Origin: Eledone cirrhosa
Taxonomy: Eukaryota
Length of the DNA: 64,000 nucleotides
Direction: 5' to 3'
Assembly: GCA_964016885.1 (NCBI GenBank)
Contig: OZ024743.1
Location: 7,316,001 to 7,380,000, forward strand
Shown here: piece by piece, positions 42,352 through 55,253 of the stretch
How the letters are laid out: the number at the start of each line of letters is the position of its first letter
How positions within the stretch are numbered: position 1 is the first letter of the stretch
Program-made: the position numbers and the translations under genes
Notes under the pieces: model-generated
Told to the model about the DNA's origin: nothing
Seen by the model: only the letters and a program-made list of their open reading frames with translations
Database searches by the model: none

Positions 42352-44195
42352 CATATAAGACTTTTAATGTGAAATCAACATATAAGACTTTTAATGTCAA
42401 ATCAACATATAAGACTTTTAATGTGAAATCAACATATAAGACTTTTAATGTGAAATCAACATATAAGACTTTTAATGTGAAATCAACATATAAGACTTTT
42501 AATGTCAAATCAACATATAAGACTTTTAATGTCAAATCAACATATAAGACTTTTAATGTGAAATCAACATATAAGACTTTTAATGTCAAATCAACATATA
42601 AGACTTTTAATGTCAAATCAACATATAAGACTTTTAATGTCAAATCAACATATAAGACTTTTAATGTGAAATCAACATATAAGACTTTTAATGTCAAATC
42701 AACATATAAGACTTTTAATGTGAAATCAACATATAAGACTTTTAATGTGAAATCAACATATAAGACTTTTAATGTCAAATCAACATATAAGACTTTTAAT
42801 GTGAAATCAACATATAAGACTTTTAATGTCAAATCAACATATAAGACTTTTAATGTCAAATCAACATATAAGACTTTTAATGTCAAATCAACATATAAAA
42901 CTTTTAATGTGAAATCAACATATAAGACTTTTAATGTGAAATCAACATATAAAACTTTTAATGTGAAATCAACATATAAGACTTTTAATGTGAAATCAAC
43001 ATATAAGACTTTTAATGTCAAATCAACATATAAGACTTTTAATGTGAAATCAACATATAAGACTTTTAATGTCAAATCAACATATAAGACTTTTAATGTG
43101 AAATCAACATATAAGACTTTTAATGTGAAATCAACATATAAGACTTTTAATGTCAAATCAACATATAAGACTTTTAATGTCAAATCAACATATAAGACTT
43201 TTAATGTGAAATCAACGTATAAGACTTTTAATGTCAAATCAACATATAAGACTTTTAATGTGAAATCAACATATAAGACTTTTAATGTCAAATCAACATA
43301 TAAGACTTTTAATGTTAAATCAACATATAAGTCTTTTAATGTGAAATCAACATATAAGACTTTTAATGTCAAATCAACATATAAGACTTTTAATGTGAAA
43401 TCAACATATAAGACTTTTAATGTGAAATCAACATATAAGACTTTTAATGTGAAATCAACATATAAGACTTTTAATGTGAAATCAACATATCAGACTTTTA
43501 ATGTCAAATCAACATATAAGACTTTTAATGTCAAATCAACATATAAGACCTTTCATGTCAAATCAACATATAAGACTTTTAATGTGAAATCAACATATAA
43601 GACTTTTAATGTCAAATCAACATATAAGACTTTTAATGTGAAATCAACATATAAGACTTTTAATGTGAAATCAACATATAAGACTTTTAATGTGAAATCA
43701 ACATATAAGACTTTTAATGTCAAATCAACATATAAAACTTTTAATGTGAAATCAACATATAAGACTTTTAATGTCAAATCAACATATAAGACTTTTAATG
43801 TCAAATCAACATATAAGACTTTTAATGTGAAATCAACATATAAGACTTTTAATGTCAAATCAACATATAAGACTTTTAATGTCAAATCAACATATAAGAC
43901 TTTTAATGTCAAATCAACATATAAGACTTTTAATGTGAAATCAACATATAAGACTTTTAATGTCAAATCAACATATAAGACTTTTAATGTCAAATCAACA
44001 TATAAGACTTTTAATGTCAAATCAACATATAAGACTTTTAATGTGAAATCAACATATAAGACTTTTAATGTCAAATCAACATATAAGACTTTTAATGTGA
44101 AATCAACATATAAGACTTTTAATGTGAAATCAACATATAAGACTTTTAATGTCAAATCAACATATAAGACTTTTAATGTGAAATCAACATATAAG
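42352..44195. repeat. 27-bp minisatellite, 68 units
   Basis: Unit CATATAAGACTTTTAATGT(G/C)AAATCAA; (44188-42352)/27 = 68, so no net indels. Confidence 0.97.
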
Positions 44196-44903
44196 TAAAT
44201 GCAGAGCTAACAGTTTGTCTCCCAGAAGAAAAACAAAACCTCACTAGTGACAAAATCCCGCAAGATGCTATAAAATTACTACACTGCATCGTTTAAATGA
44301 TGTCTTCTGATTTTGCTGGAAGGAATATTCCCCTAAGACACGAAAGATATTAAAATAGACTCCACATGAGAACAAAAATGACAGGATCAATTCTAACAAC
44401 TATAGGGACATAAACACACAGTAATATAGTCGGCAAGCTATTCACATGAGTTTTCCTGATCCGGCCCCAAAAGTTGTTGGAACGTTTCTATAACCGACTA
44501 CTAATGCTATTTGTCATTGATAGATGCATAGTAGATATGGCATTCTCATTTCAACAATTTTAGAAATATAAGGGGACAGAGTTTTACATGGTTAGCATAG
44601 TGACCACTTCCAAATTCTCATGATGATTGGATGCACACAAAGTTATATAATATGATCGGATACTTTCATGAAGATCTACAGCGGTCATATGTCGTTTAGC
44701 CTCAAATAATCCCTGATCAACCAGAGTTATGACCAAAGGCGTTCCAACTGTACCCATCCGACCCTTTTTATATCGATGACATTTTGTATTATTTAGGAGA
44801 CGATCCAGCGTGATTTAAGGAAGATTTGGCAACCATCTCTTGCATGGAGCGACCACCTAGAGGCTTCCTCGATGGTTCATTCACATGCAAACATAGACAC
44901 GCG

Positions 44904-44904
<1 letters not shown>

Positions 44905-44952
<48 letters not shown>

Positions 44953-45090
44953 ACACACACACACACACACAAACAAACAAACAAACAAACAAACAAACAA
45001 ACAAACAAACAAACAAACAAACAAACAAACAAACAAACAAACAAACAAACAAACAAACAAACGCGCGCGCACACACACACACACACACAA
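44905..45090. repeat. Compound (CA)n/(CAAA)n microsatellite
   Basis: Directly visible. Confidence 0.95.
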
Positions 45091-45726
45091 ATTCCCCGAC
45101 CCGGTTTCTATTCTTGGTTGTTACTACTTTTTGCTTCACTGCACGAATTCCTTTGTGAAAAACATGACCGTTACAACTTCATTTCCCCCATCCTCTCTAG
45201 TTAATAAGGCAGATTACCCATTGATAGGTCCCTCCAATCCCAAAAGGTCAAGTAATTGACTCCACTTATCTCTACTAGTGCGTGGGATAAATATTTATCT
45301 TGATGCGCGCGCACACACACTCTCACACATCTATACAAACAAACACACACGCACACACACATACATACAGACACACAGTCTCTCGCTCACACACAAACAC
45401 ACGCTCAACGCACGGACGTGCGCGCTCGTGTTCAAGCACATAAAAAAGTTATCTCTTGAATTACGTTAAATCGTTTTCTGACCTTCTTCTTTGCTTCCGT
45501 TGTATGGGCGATATGTAACAAATCCATTGAACTGCTTTATCATTGTTGCCTGAGTGTCATGGATTTTGTTATTGAAGAAGGCAGGTTAATTGTCATATCC
45601 GCATTCACCACAACTAAAATGTTGCCACAAATCTTTATTGATAGCACATGGACTCAATTGATACTGGATCAAGTAACTTCCACGAAATAAGAGTTATTTT
45701 TCCTTGTCATTTAAGGCTTACCTAGC

Positions 45727-45781
<55 letters not shown>

Positions 45782-45784
45782 TAT

Positions 45785-46084
45785 ATAAAGAGAAAAGAAT
45801 GAAACGAAATTTCATTTCTCACTCTTAGTACGGCTGATACCTAAATATAAGTATGTATACGTACATACATATATGTGTACAGACGTACAGTAGTATGTAT
45901 ATATACATACATGCACACATATATATATGTACGTATGGGTTTACGGAAAATTTATTATAATGTTCGGTTTGTTTGTAAACAAACAGCCCGAATTACGCCG
46001 TACAGTGCTCGGCAACCATCGTCGCCCTTTTGTTCAACACTGACACAGGAACGATGTACTAGTTTCAAGCTTATTAGCTATCAT
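45785..46084 (-). mobile_element. Family A monomer truncated inside its HHR
   Basis: Homologous to 10298-10590; core cut before CTGA. Confidence 0.75.
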
Positions 46085-46089
46085 ATGTC

Positions 46090-46885
46090 GTTTCTGAATT
46101 TGTTTAGCAAGATTCTTTATCTGAAAACGTGTGTTGAACCGATATTGTTATACTTTGGGAGGGTCATGTTGCCAATAAGAAACACACGCACCAGTTGCTT
46201 TCACTCCAATTTATTATAAATTAAATTATAAATTAAAAAATTTATAAACCTCCTGTTGTTGGTTGGTTCCACAACCGGACGGTTGTTCATGTATTGTCAA
46301 AGTTCTTTCGTCACACATTCTGTGACTTCTTCAGTGACTGGGGATTCTTTTCTTGTTTTGTGTTACATCCGGGTATCTGTATGTGTTTTTATTTGTTTAT
46401 TTATTTGTTTATTTACATATTACTGGTTGGTTGTTTGTTCTATGTGTGTGTGTTTTCATTTTGTCCTTAATTGTAAGTTGTGATGTTACTATTCCATTCA
46501 TGTTTTCTATTTAATTTTGGTTGGAGTTCATTTATGTTTATTGCCTCTGTGTTTTGTCTAAACATTGCGTCTTTTCTGTGTGTAGATTTTATTTTAATTT
46601 TATTTCTATGTTCTCTAATGCGCAAACTAAGCACACAACACACACAAAAACAAGATGGCGTAGGACAGAACAAAGGAGAGGCACAAAACAAAGAAAAGAA
46701 TCCCCAGTCACTGAAGAAGTCACAGAATGTGTGACGAAAGAACTTTGACAATATATGAACAACCGTGCGGTTGTGGAACCAACCAACCAACCGGAAATTT
46801 ATAAATTTTTAAATTTGTAATTTAATTTATAATAAATTGGAGTGAAAGCAGCTGGTGCGTCTGTTTCTTATTGGCCACATGACCA
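46090..46885. mobile_element. Non-autonomous PLE-derived fold-back element with two HHRs (46296-46338 minus, 46707-46749 plus)
   Basis: GTCA-CTGAAGA-AGTCAC...GTGAC-GAAA-GAAC-TT-TGAC; inverted arms; third copy at 61008-61220 (HHR 61141-61183). Confidence 0.78.
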
Positions 46886-47202
46886 AATTCCCGAGATCCA
46901 TGGATGAGTTCTCTCCAGCGGTCTCTGTCCCTCATTATCGCTGCCATGTCCTGCATCTCCAACAGACCAGTGTCTGTCCTTAGGGCATCAACATACGTTA
47001 ACCTTGTTCTTCCACTTCCAGTGTGTTCATGTAGGGGCTCCCACAGGAGCACTGAGTGCAATATCAACTCTGGATGTCGGTGAGCATGTCCAGCTAACCT
47101 CAGTCTCCTCTGTGTCACTTTTGAGCTGACTTTTGGGAGGCTCCCATACAGCTCTGAGTTTTTCATCCTCAGTGTATACTGATTAATGTTCAGAGCCATC
47201 CT
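46886..47202 (-). mobile_element. RTE/RTE-X LINE C-terminal fragment
   Basis: RRLRLAGHAHRHPE...LLWEP...GRTRLTYVDAL...DRDRWR. Confidence 0.85.
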
Positions 47203-47476
47203 ATATATATACATATATATATATATACACATATATATACAAATAAAATAAAATAAAATATTTATACTTTGAGCTTGTTAATTGCAGGGTATCTATATGA
47301 GTTAATAACTCTATATTTTATTTGTATTTCGGCTCCTTATCTTTTGAGCTTATAAAAATGAGTGTAAATAGGCTATTATTTCTAGCATAACCACTCGCAC
47401 CGCATATGACTTTCAACGCACGAGGTGTGAACTTTAGTGATTTTATGGTTATAGGTGTTATGTAACATTTAGTCTT

Positions 47477-47568
47477 ATCTCCTGCTGACGAAATGCCTAC
47501 GGATTACTTGTTACAAACACAATTCATTCAGGGCGAAACAGATTAAATCTTTAGTCTGTCCGGGAGAT
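47477..47568 (+). ncRNA. Type I hammerhead ribozyme with long stems I and III
   Basis: ATCTCCTG-CTGACGA-aatGCC...GGC-GAAA-CAGATTAAA tc TTTAGTCTG-TC-CGGGAGAT. Confidence 0.8.
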
Positions 47569-47720
47569 GAAATGGTTATTGATATGGTATGTATGAGAAA
47601 TCTTGTAACATCCCATATGATTCAGGTTGAATGATATATAACATTTGTGGTGTAATCTACCCTCGTAATTTTAGACACGAGTTTACTGTGTTTACTTCTA
47701 CACATATTAATATATATATA

Positions 47721-47769
<49 letters not shown>

Positions 47770-50700
47770 GAATTAGTTTAGCGAGGTTTTTTATATGAAA
47801 TCGTGTGTCGAAACAGATATTGTTATACTTGGGAGGGTCATATTTGCGTAATATTGCCAAACTAGCGATAGACGGAACAACAACAACCACAATAATAATA
47901 ATAATAGAAACGTTAACCACAGACACAGCAACAGTGACCACAGTAGTAATAACGGTAACAATACGAACAACAACAACAATAACCACAGTGGTAATAATGG
48001 AAATAGTACATGTAGCAACATCAACAAAAACAAGGAACATAATAATAGCAACAACCACAATGGTAGAAATAACAGTAACAACAACAACAATAACGGTGAA
48101 GTAAACAACAATACATCTAGCAATTATAACAATAACAATAATAATAATGCTAATGATAGAAACAACAACCACCCTGATAACAACAATGGCAACACACACA
48201 ACTATGACGATAGATATAATGACAACCCCTTAGAGAAACTATTTTTCAACCCAGCTGACAAAACATATAAGATGGGTAATATCTATCCTACGAGGTTACC
48301 CTTTAATAAAAGAGTTTGCATACCACAGCAAATAGATGACGAGACGGAGGCACAGTTCACCATAGCTAGAAATAAGATTAGACAAGTAGTAGACAGGTAT
48401 ACTAAGAGACAGAGCAGACCAGAGGCCCAACAACTTGGGAGAAAACCTGTAGAAGGCTTGGTTAGCCTCAAGCAGCGCACAAGGGATGGTGAGGTAGTGT
48501 GTCTACCCACAGATAAGTCTGGTAGGATGTCAATAGATAGCATGCCGAACTACATCGAGGCTATGCAACCCCACATCACCAACACGAGCGAAGTTGCACA
48601 ACAAACACACGATGGGAGAGAAAAAATCCTCAACGCTCACTTTGATGATGTGGACTGACATCCTAAAGCCAAGCAGACGCACTGCCAACAACTTCCAGGC
48701 GTCTAACAATGGCATACCACCCTTGTATGGGCTCCGCAAAGACCACAAGACAGTCGACGACCCGACAACAGGACCACCAACAAGACCCGTATGCGGAGCT
48801 AATATAGCTAGCAACTACAGGATCTCCTACTTCCTCTCAATGGTTATACGCCCCATAATCAAGATGTCCCCAGATGTATGTGAAAGTACAGAGGACCTTC
48901 TCAGCAGAATCAGTGAGTGCAACAAAAACAGGAGCCTATCCAACTGCATAATAGGCAGCACGGATGTGGTGTCACTGTACCCATCCATTAACATTGATTT
49001 TGCTGTGAAAAGATGATCATTGAGAGTGAGGTGGAGTTCTGCGACGTCGACACAGACGAACTGGGCCTCCTACTTAGACCTACCTACGACACTGACTACC
49101 TAGACAGCCATGACCTTATATGTTTCTGCCCTAGTAGACCTATAAGAGGTAGACCCCCACCATAACCTCAATGGCAAAAAAGACTCCCATAGGAAGGTGG
49201 ATTGGGTGGACCAAAGCTATACGGACCCCCCCCAAAACACTGATCAGGTAAGAAAAATGGTCGCACATGCAATAGGGGCTAGTATCAAAACTACCCTAAA
49301 GGGCCACATATTTAAGTTCAATGAGAAAATCTACACCCAAAATGAGGGAGCAGCCATCGGCGTCAGCATAGCTGGTGATGTTGCCAACCTTTTCATGGTA
49401 TGGTGGGAAAGGAGACTTAAAGATCTCCTTAATGAAAGCTCCATAGACCTCATCATGTACTCTCGTTATGTAGACGATATCAATATAGTTATAAGAACAC
49501 CCTCACTAGAGAGCACTAACAAGTTTGATTTAGAACGTAGCACGATGGAAAGCATCCAGCAGATAGCTAATTCCATACACCAGAGTATAACTGTAACTAT
49601 CGACTTCCCTTCCAAACACCCTAACAATAGACTACCTGTATTAGACACAGAACTCTGGATTAACACTATAGACGAGAGAGCCCAAATTCTCCAATCACAC
49701 TATGCTAAACCCATGGCCTCCAAATACCTGATACTCAAAATCTCAGCAATGTCCAGTAGTGCTAAGTTTAATATTCTGATCGCAGATTTGGTACGAGTGA
49801 TGAAGAATGTGTCCAGCATGTGCGACCCAACAGAAATGGAAAGACACATCCAACACTTCATCAACCGCATGCAGTTCTCTGGCTACAACCAAAGAGACAG
49901 AGTCAGAGTATACGAAGGAGCCATGGAAAAGTATAAGACCCTCATAGAACTGGACATGAAAGGAATTTGCCCACTATACAGGAGCAAATCATGGAATAGC
50001 TTAGATAGGGCTAGACATAAGATAGGGAAGGCCACATCATGGTACGACAACCAGAGATATCAGAGTGTCATGTTTGTGGACTCCACCCCTGGAGGGAAAT
50101 TAGCTAACCAGTGTAGAAAGGCCCTGAGAAAGACCCACTTAAAAATAAAGGTGGTAGAAAAGCCAGGAACCACTATAAAATCCCTGATCAGCAAAACCTA
50201 CCCTTTTAAGAAAACCCACTGTACGAATAGGAAATGTATCATATGTAAGGTGAACCCCCGGATAAACTGTAAAACTAGAAACGTAGTCTATAGCATAAGA
50301 TGTACAGAGGGTACTTGCAGAAACATGACAACAACATACATAGGTGAGACAGCTCGTAGCATAGGTGAAAGGATAGACCAACACTGGGGGGGAACTAAAA
50401 GGACGAAAAAACGGGTCAGTACTATCCGAACATGCTAGACAACAACATGACGGTAACATAGACAACATAGAAATTAGAATAATATCTAAACATAGGAATG
50501 ACCCAGCAGATAGGCAAATCAGAGAGGCCAGTGAAATAGAAATTAGAAGACCAAAGCTAAACAGAAAGAATGAGTGGAACAACAACAACACCCAAACAAA
50601 CAACACTGACCTAAGAGAAGTATAAATAAGTAAATAAATAAAATAAAATAAAATAAGATAAATAAATACATACACAAGCACAATAACAACAAGCACATAA

Positions 50701-51157
50701 ACACACACTAGTCACCCAGCAGACACAACACTATACACACTAGTCACACAGCACACATAACACTATACACACACGCAAACGCATGCGCTAAGAAGACAAA
50801 ATAAAATAAACAAACAAGCAAATAAATAAATAAATATATAGACAGACTGAATAAAAAATGGCGTAGACATACAACACAACAGGAGGAACAATGAATATAA
50901 CACCACTGACGATGTTGCAGATGTGCAACGAAAGATTTATGTAAATTATGTAAACTATATATATATGTGTTTGTGTCTATATTGTATCTGTATTATTTTT
51001 GACCGTCGGTCAGTCAATGGCAACATTGAGGACCGAGTAAGTTAGATCGCAGATATATATATATAAAAGACAGCGAGAAGCGAAAACCAACCAAACAGTG
51101 AGTGTGTTCTGTTATTAATTCTGGCAATATTACGCAAATATGACCCTCCCCAAGTAT

Positions 51158-51165
<8 letters not shown>
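47770..51165 (+). mobile_element. Penelope-like retroelement, near full length and frameshifted (RT + C-terminal GIY-YIG)
   Basis: TDKSG, PPLYGLRKDHK, RPVC, DVVSLYPSI, QNEGAAIG, RYVDD, LPVLD, NVVYSIRC...YIGETAR; inverted ~40-bp terminus 47818-47859 vs 51122-51164; degenerate HHR at 50901-50951. Confidence 0.92.
48272..50622 (+). pseudogene. Disrupted PLE RT-endonuclease ORF
   Basis: Consecutive ORF pieces 48272-48658, 48594-49016 and 49197-50438, plus a frameshifted tail SEHARQQH...PKLNRKNEW. Confidence 0.88.
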
Positions 51166-51206
<41 letters not shown>

Positions 51207-51230
51207 AATATATATATATATAAATGTATA

Positions 51231-51262
<32 letters not shown>

Positions 51263-51657
51263 CGTGGATTTAGTAACGGGTTCCTTTGTATATTTGACCT
51301 AAACGCCTGTTGAGAAAGTGGTTTCCTCGTTCATCATTCTACCAGAAGCCGGATATTTTTATGTAAGCTGACGGTAACTGATTTGGAGCCGCAGAAACCC
51401 AAATGCTAGAATTTACCATCCTTCTAGCGGGTCCGGGTAAATATTTTTCATTCATATATATTATTATTTGTCTGACCCGAATTTTCTTGGTCGTTTTTTC
51501 GGCTGTGCGAATGATTTTAAGCATTATCTCAGTGTGTTGGTATTTAAACGTTAGTCATAGCTCTGGTTTATCCAAACTATTGAGCACTTTGCCACACTTT
51601 TCGAAGATTGTGTTTCGTTATTTCGTGAGCCGAGATTCCGATTCTCGATGATTTATT

Positions 51658-51696
<39 letters not shown>

Positions 51697-51918
51697 ACTT
51701 TTCGAGTTTCTAAGCGAATTTCAAGTATTTTACGTTGTGTTTTACTTACAACACGTTTTATTTTTGTTATTGACTTTTCATTACAAATCGAAAGTGTATG
51801 TTATTGAATTATTCTAGTGTATTAGATTATTTTCACTAGAAAACGGAGCTTATATATAAATCTATATAAAAATAATATGCATATATATATATATATATAA
51901 ATGTATATAAAAATAATA

Positions 51919-51959
<41 letters not shown>

Positions 51960-51975
51960 GTATATAAAAATAATA

Positions 51976-52129
<154 letters not shown>

Positions 52130-52139
52130 TATATATATA

Positions 52140-52219
<80 letters not shown>

Positions 52220-52241
52220 TATATATATATATATATATATA

Positions 52242-52287
<46 letters not shown>

Positions 52288-52326
52288 TATATATATATAT
52301 ATATGCATATATATATATATATATGC

Positions 52327-52357
<31 letters not shown>

Positions 52358-52367
52358 AATAATATGC

Positions 52368-52398
<31 letters not shown>

Positions 52399-52907
52399 CG
52401 TGCATGTGTGTATAATATAATAATTGTTTCTACTTTTGGCACAATGCCAGTAATTACCCAGTACGTTACTGGTACTTTATTTTATCGACCCCGTAAGGAT
52501 GAAAGGCAAAGTTAACCTCGGCGGGATTTGAACTCAGAATGGCAAGGGGCGTAACTCTATACGTCAAAGCATGGCGTCCGACCCTCTACCGACACTGATA
52601 ATAATGTGATACAGACATATAGATGTATATATATATATATGTTACAAGAGAAACAGTCCTTTTTCTTGACCGATGTATCACGTGTTAATTCAGCCCTCCA
52701 CCCATAGAGATTTTCTTACTTGCTGCAAACGCGTCTGGAGAACAGACCTTTTCTCTGAGGTATTCCTTGACAATGTGACTGGCCTCACAACCCTGATAAA
52801 TTTCTATAATGTACAATTGTTGCATACGGATCAACAAAACTGTACAGTCGGGACTTTGAAAAAATAGGTATATATCTCTGTCTATTATTTCCTCTTATTT
52901 TATAATT

Positions 52908-52946
<39 letters not shown>

Positions 52947-53058
52947 TTGAAATAAAATGAAAACGAAATTTCATTTCTCACTCTTAGTACGGCACTTACT
53001 TAAATGTAAATATGTATGTATACATACATACATATATGTATACAGACGTACAGTAGCA

Positions 53059-53102
<44 letters not shown>

Positions 53103-53184
53103 GGAGGTGAGTTTTATTGTAGTACAATAAAGCAATGCAGATATCGGATAAGAAGCACTCTACAGTTTGTAGGACTGGAGTATA

Positions 53185-53732
53185 CATAATATATAAGATC
53201 AAAAGATGGTTAAAGGAGTTCCATGTATTTTATTATGCGCATTTCAAAAACAAACATCATCATGCAATAATATTTGTGTTTTCATCAGATAAAACAGGAG
53301 AACATGATATGAAGGCTAAAAAACACTTGTGGATAGTGCAGTTTTAAATCAACATATGAAAAGTAGTTTTAGATTGATGTGTGATATTGGGAAATATGTA
53401 AAACAATATATCTTCTCTCAGTTATAAAAACTATCTCTTTCTCTCTATCACCCATCTCTCCCTCTCCACCTTCACTCTCATCTCCTCCCATTTTTTCATC
53501 CTTTCCACCCCCCCCCTCTCTAAATAAAATATTTTTCCCAATATCACACATCAATCTAAAACTACTTTTCATATGTTGATTTAAAACTGCACTATCCACA
53601 AGTGTTTTTTAGCCTTCATATCATGTTCTCCTGTTTTATCTGATGAAAACACAAATATTATTGCATGATGATGTTTGTTTTTGAAATGCGCATAATAAAA
53701 TACATGGAACTCCTTTAACCATCTTTTGGTCT

Positions 53733-53745
<13 letters not shown>
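53185..53745. mobile_element. Fold-back element with an HHR in each arm (53228-53294 minus, 53634-53700 plus)
   Basis: TTTTAT-CTGATGA-(~15-bp stem II)-GAAA-TGCGCA-TA-ATAAAA; ~210-bp inverted arms. Confidence 0.85.
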
Positions 53746-53797
<52 letters not shown>

Positions 53798-53819
53798 TAC
53801 ATACAGGTACACATACACG

Positions 53820-54044
53820 AACGTTCAACTATCTGGCAGAAGGGTATACGGTGCTGATGATAGCTAACAAGCTTGAAACTAGTACATCGTTCCTGTGTCA
53901 GTGTTGAACAAAAAGGTGACGTGGTTGCCTTAACACCGTATGGCATAAATTCAGGCTGTTCAGTTTGTTTACAAACGAACAAAGCGGCGTTATAATAAGC
54001 GTCCGCTAAACTGATACGTGCATATATGTATGTGTACCTGTATG

Positions 54045-54116
<72 letters not shown>

Positions 54117-54551
54117 TGCTACTGTACGTCTGTATACATATATGTATGTATGTATACATACATACTTGCATTTAAGTAAGTGCCGTGCTAAGAGTGAGAA
54201 ATGAAATTTCATTTTCATTTTATTTCAACTTATCGTTTTCGGTATGCCTGACCGATTTAACTCACTCAATATGCAAATTAGGATGCTCAGCCGTTAATTT
54301 TCATAAGGAAAGTATATACTTTCAAACGTTCAACTATCTGGCAGAAGGGTATACGGTGCTGATGATAGCTAACAAGCTTGAAACTAGTACATCGTTCCTG
54401 TGTCAGTGTTGAACAAAAAGGTGACGTGGTTGCCTTAACACCGTATGGCATAAATTCAGGCTGTTCAGTTTGTTTACAAACGAACAAAGCGGCGTTATAA
54501 TAAGCGTCCGCTAAACTGATACGTGCATATATGTATGTGTACCTGTATGTA

Positions 54552-54589
<38 letters not shown>

Positions 54590-54619
54590 TGCTACTGTAC
54601 GTCTGTATACATATATGTA

Positions 54620-54663
<44 letters not shown>

Positions 54664-54713
54664 TGCAACTGTACGTCTGTATACATATATGTATGTATGT
54701 ATACATAAATACT

Positions 54714-54715
<2 letters not shown>
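53820..54715 (+). mobile_element. Retrozyme-like family A subfamily, head-to-tail tandem (HHRs 53849-53889 and 54354-54394)
   Basis: CGGTG-CTGATGA-TAGCTAACAAGCTT-GAAA-CTAG-TA-CATCG; 505-nt spacing; inverted piece at 52945-53070. Confidence 0.85.
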
Positions 54716-54763
<48 letters not shown>

Positions 54764-54879
54764 TTAATAAGAGGAATTCCAACTTTGTCTGATTTACTCG
54801 TTTTATTTACAATCCTTTAAAATATATAATGGTATTATAATGAAATAGTATGATAGAATATTAAATTCTAAGTGTTAAT

Positions 54880-54918
54880 TGAACAAGTACTTTCATGCTT
54901 TCGCAATCTTCAGGTTCA
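54880..54918 (-). ncRNA. Minimal type I hammerhead
   Basis: TGAAC-CTGAAGA-TTGC GAAA GCAT-GAAA-GTAC-TT-GTTCA. Confidence 0.75.
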
Positions 54919-55186
54919 TAATATGTGGTGACAGTCGAGTTTGCAATTTTCAACTGTAATGAGATGGGTAAATTTCCTACCTTTTATACATTTTATACAG
55001 AGAAAAGTGGCTCCAGAATGCTAAGCCCTGTAAACTGTATTTCGACCAATCAGTGTGTAGTTTCAGTGAATTACTAAAGCTGATTGGTTTAAGCGTCACG
55101 GCTGGTTGAGCATGCTAACGACCAATGATCATATCCAAAGCATCAATTGTTTTGCTATTTTTAGAAATGATGAAAATAGCATTTTC

Positions 55187-55247
<61 letters not shown>

Positions 55248-55253
<6 letters not shown>

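Noticed and set aside
42352-44195. CRISPR array, or a 644-aa repeat protein
   Set aside because: Contiguous units with no unique spacers, no cas genes and a eukaryotic context; the ORF follows from a stop-free 27-bp unit.
47657-48230. Hydrophobic or Thr-rich ORFs resembling membrane proteins
   Set aside because: Low-complexity (ACA/ATA)n tract at the PLE 5' region.
51270-51660. Possible PLE thumb/linker fragment between TA tracts
   Set aside because: Motif similarity too weak to call without a search.
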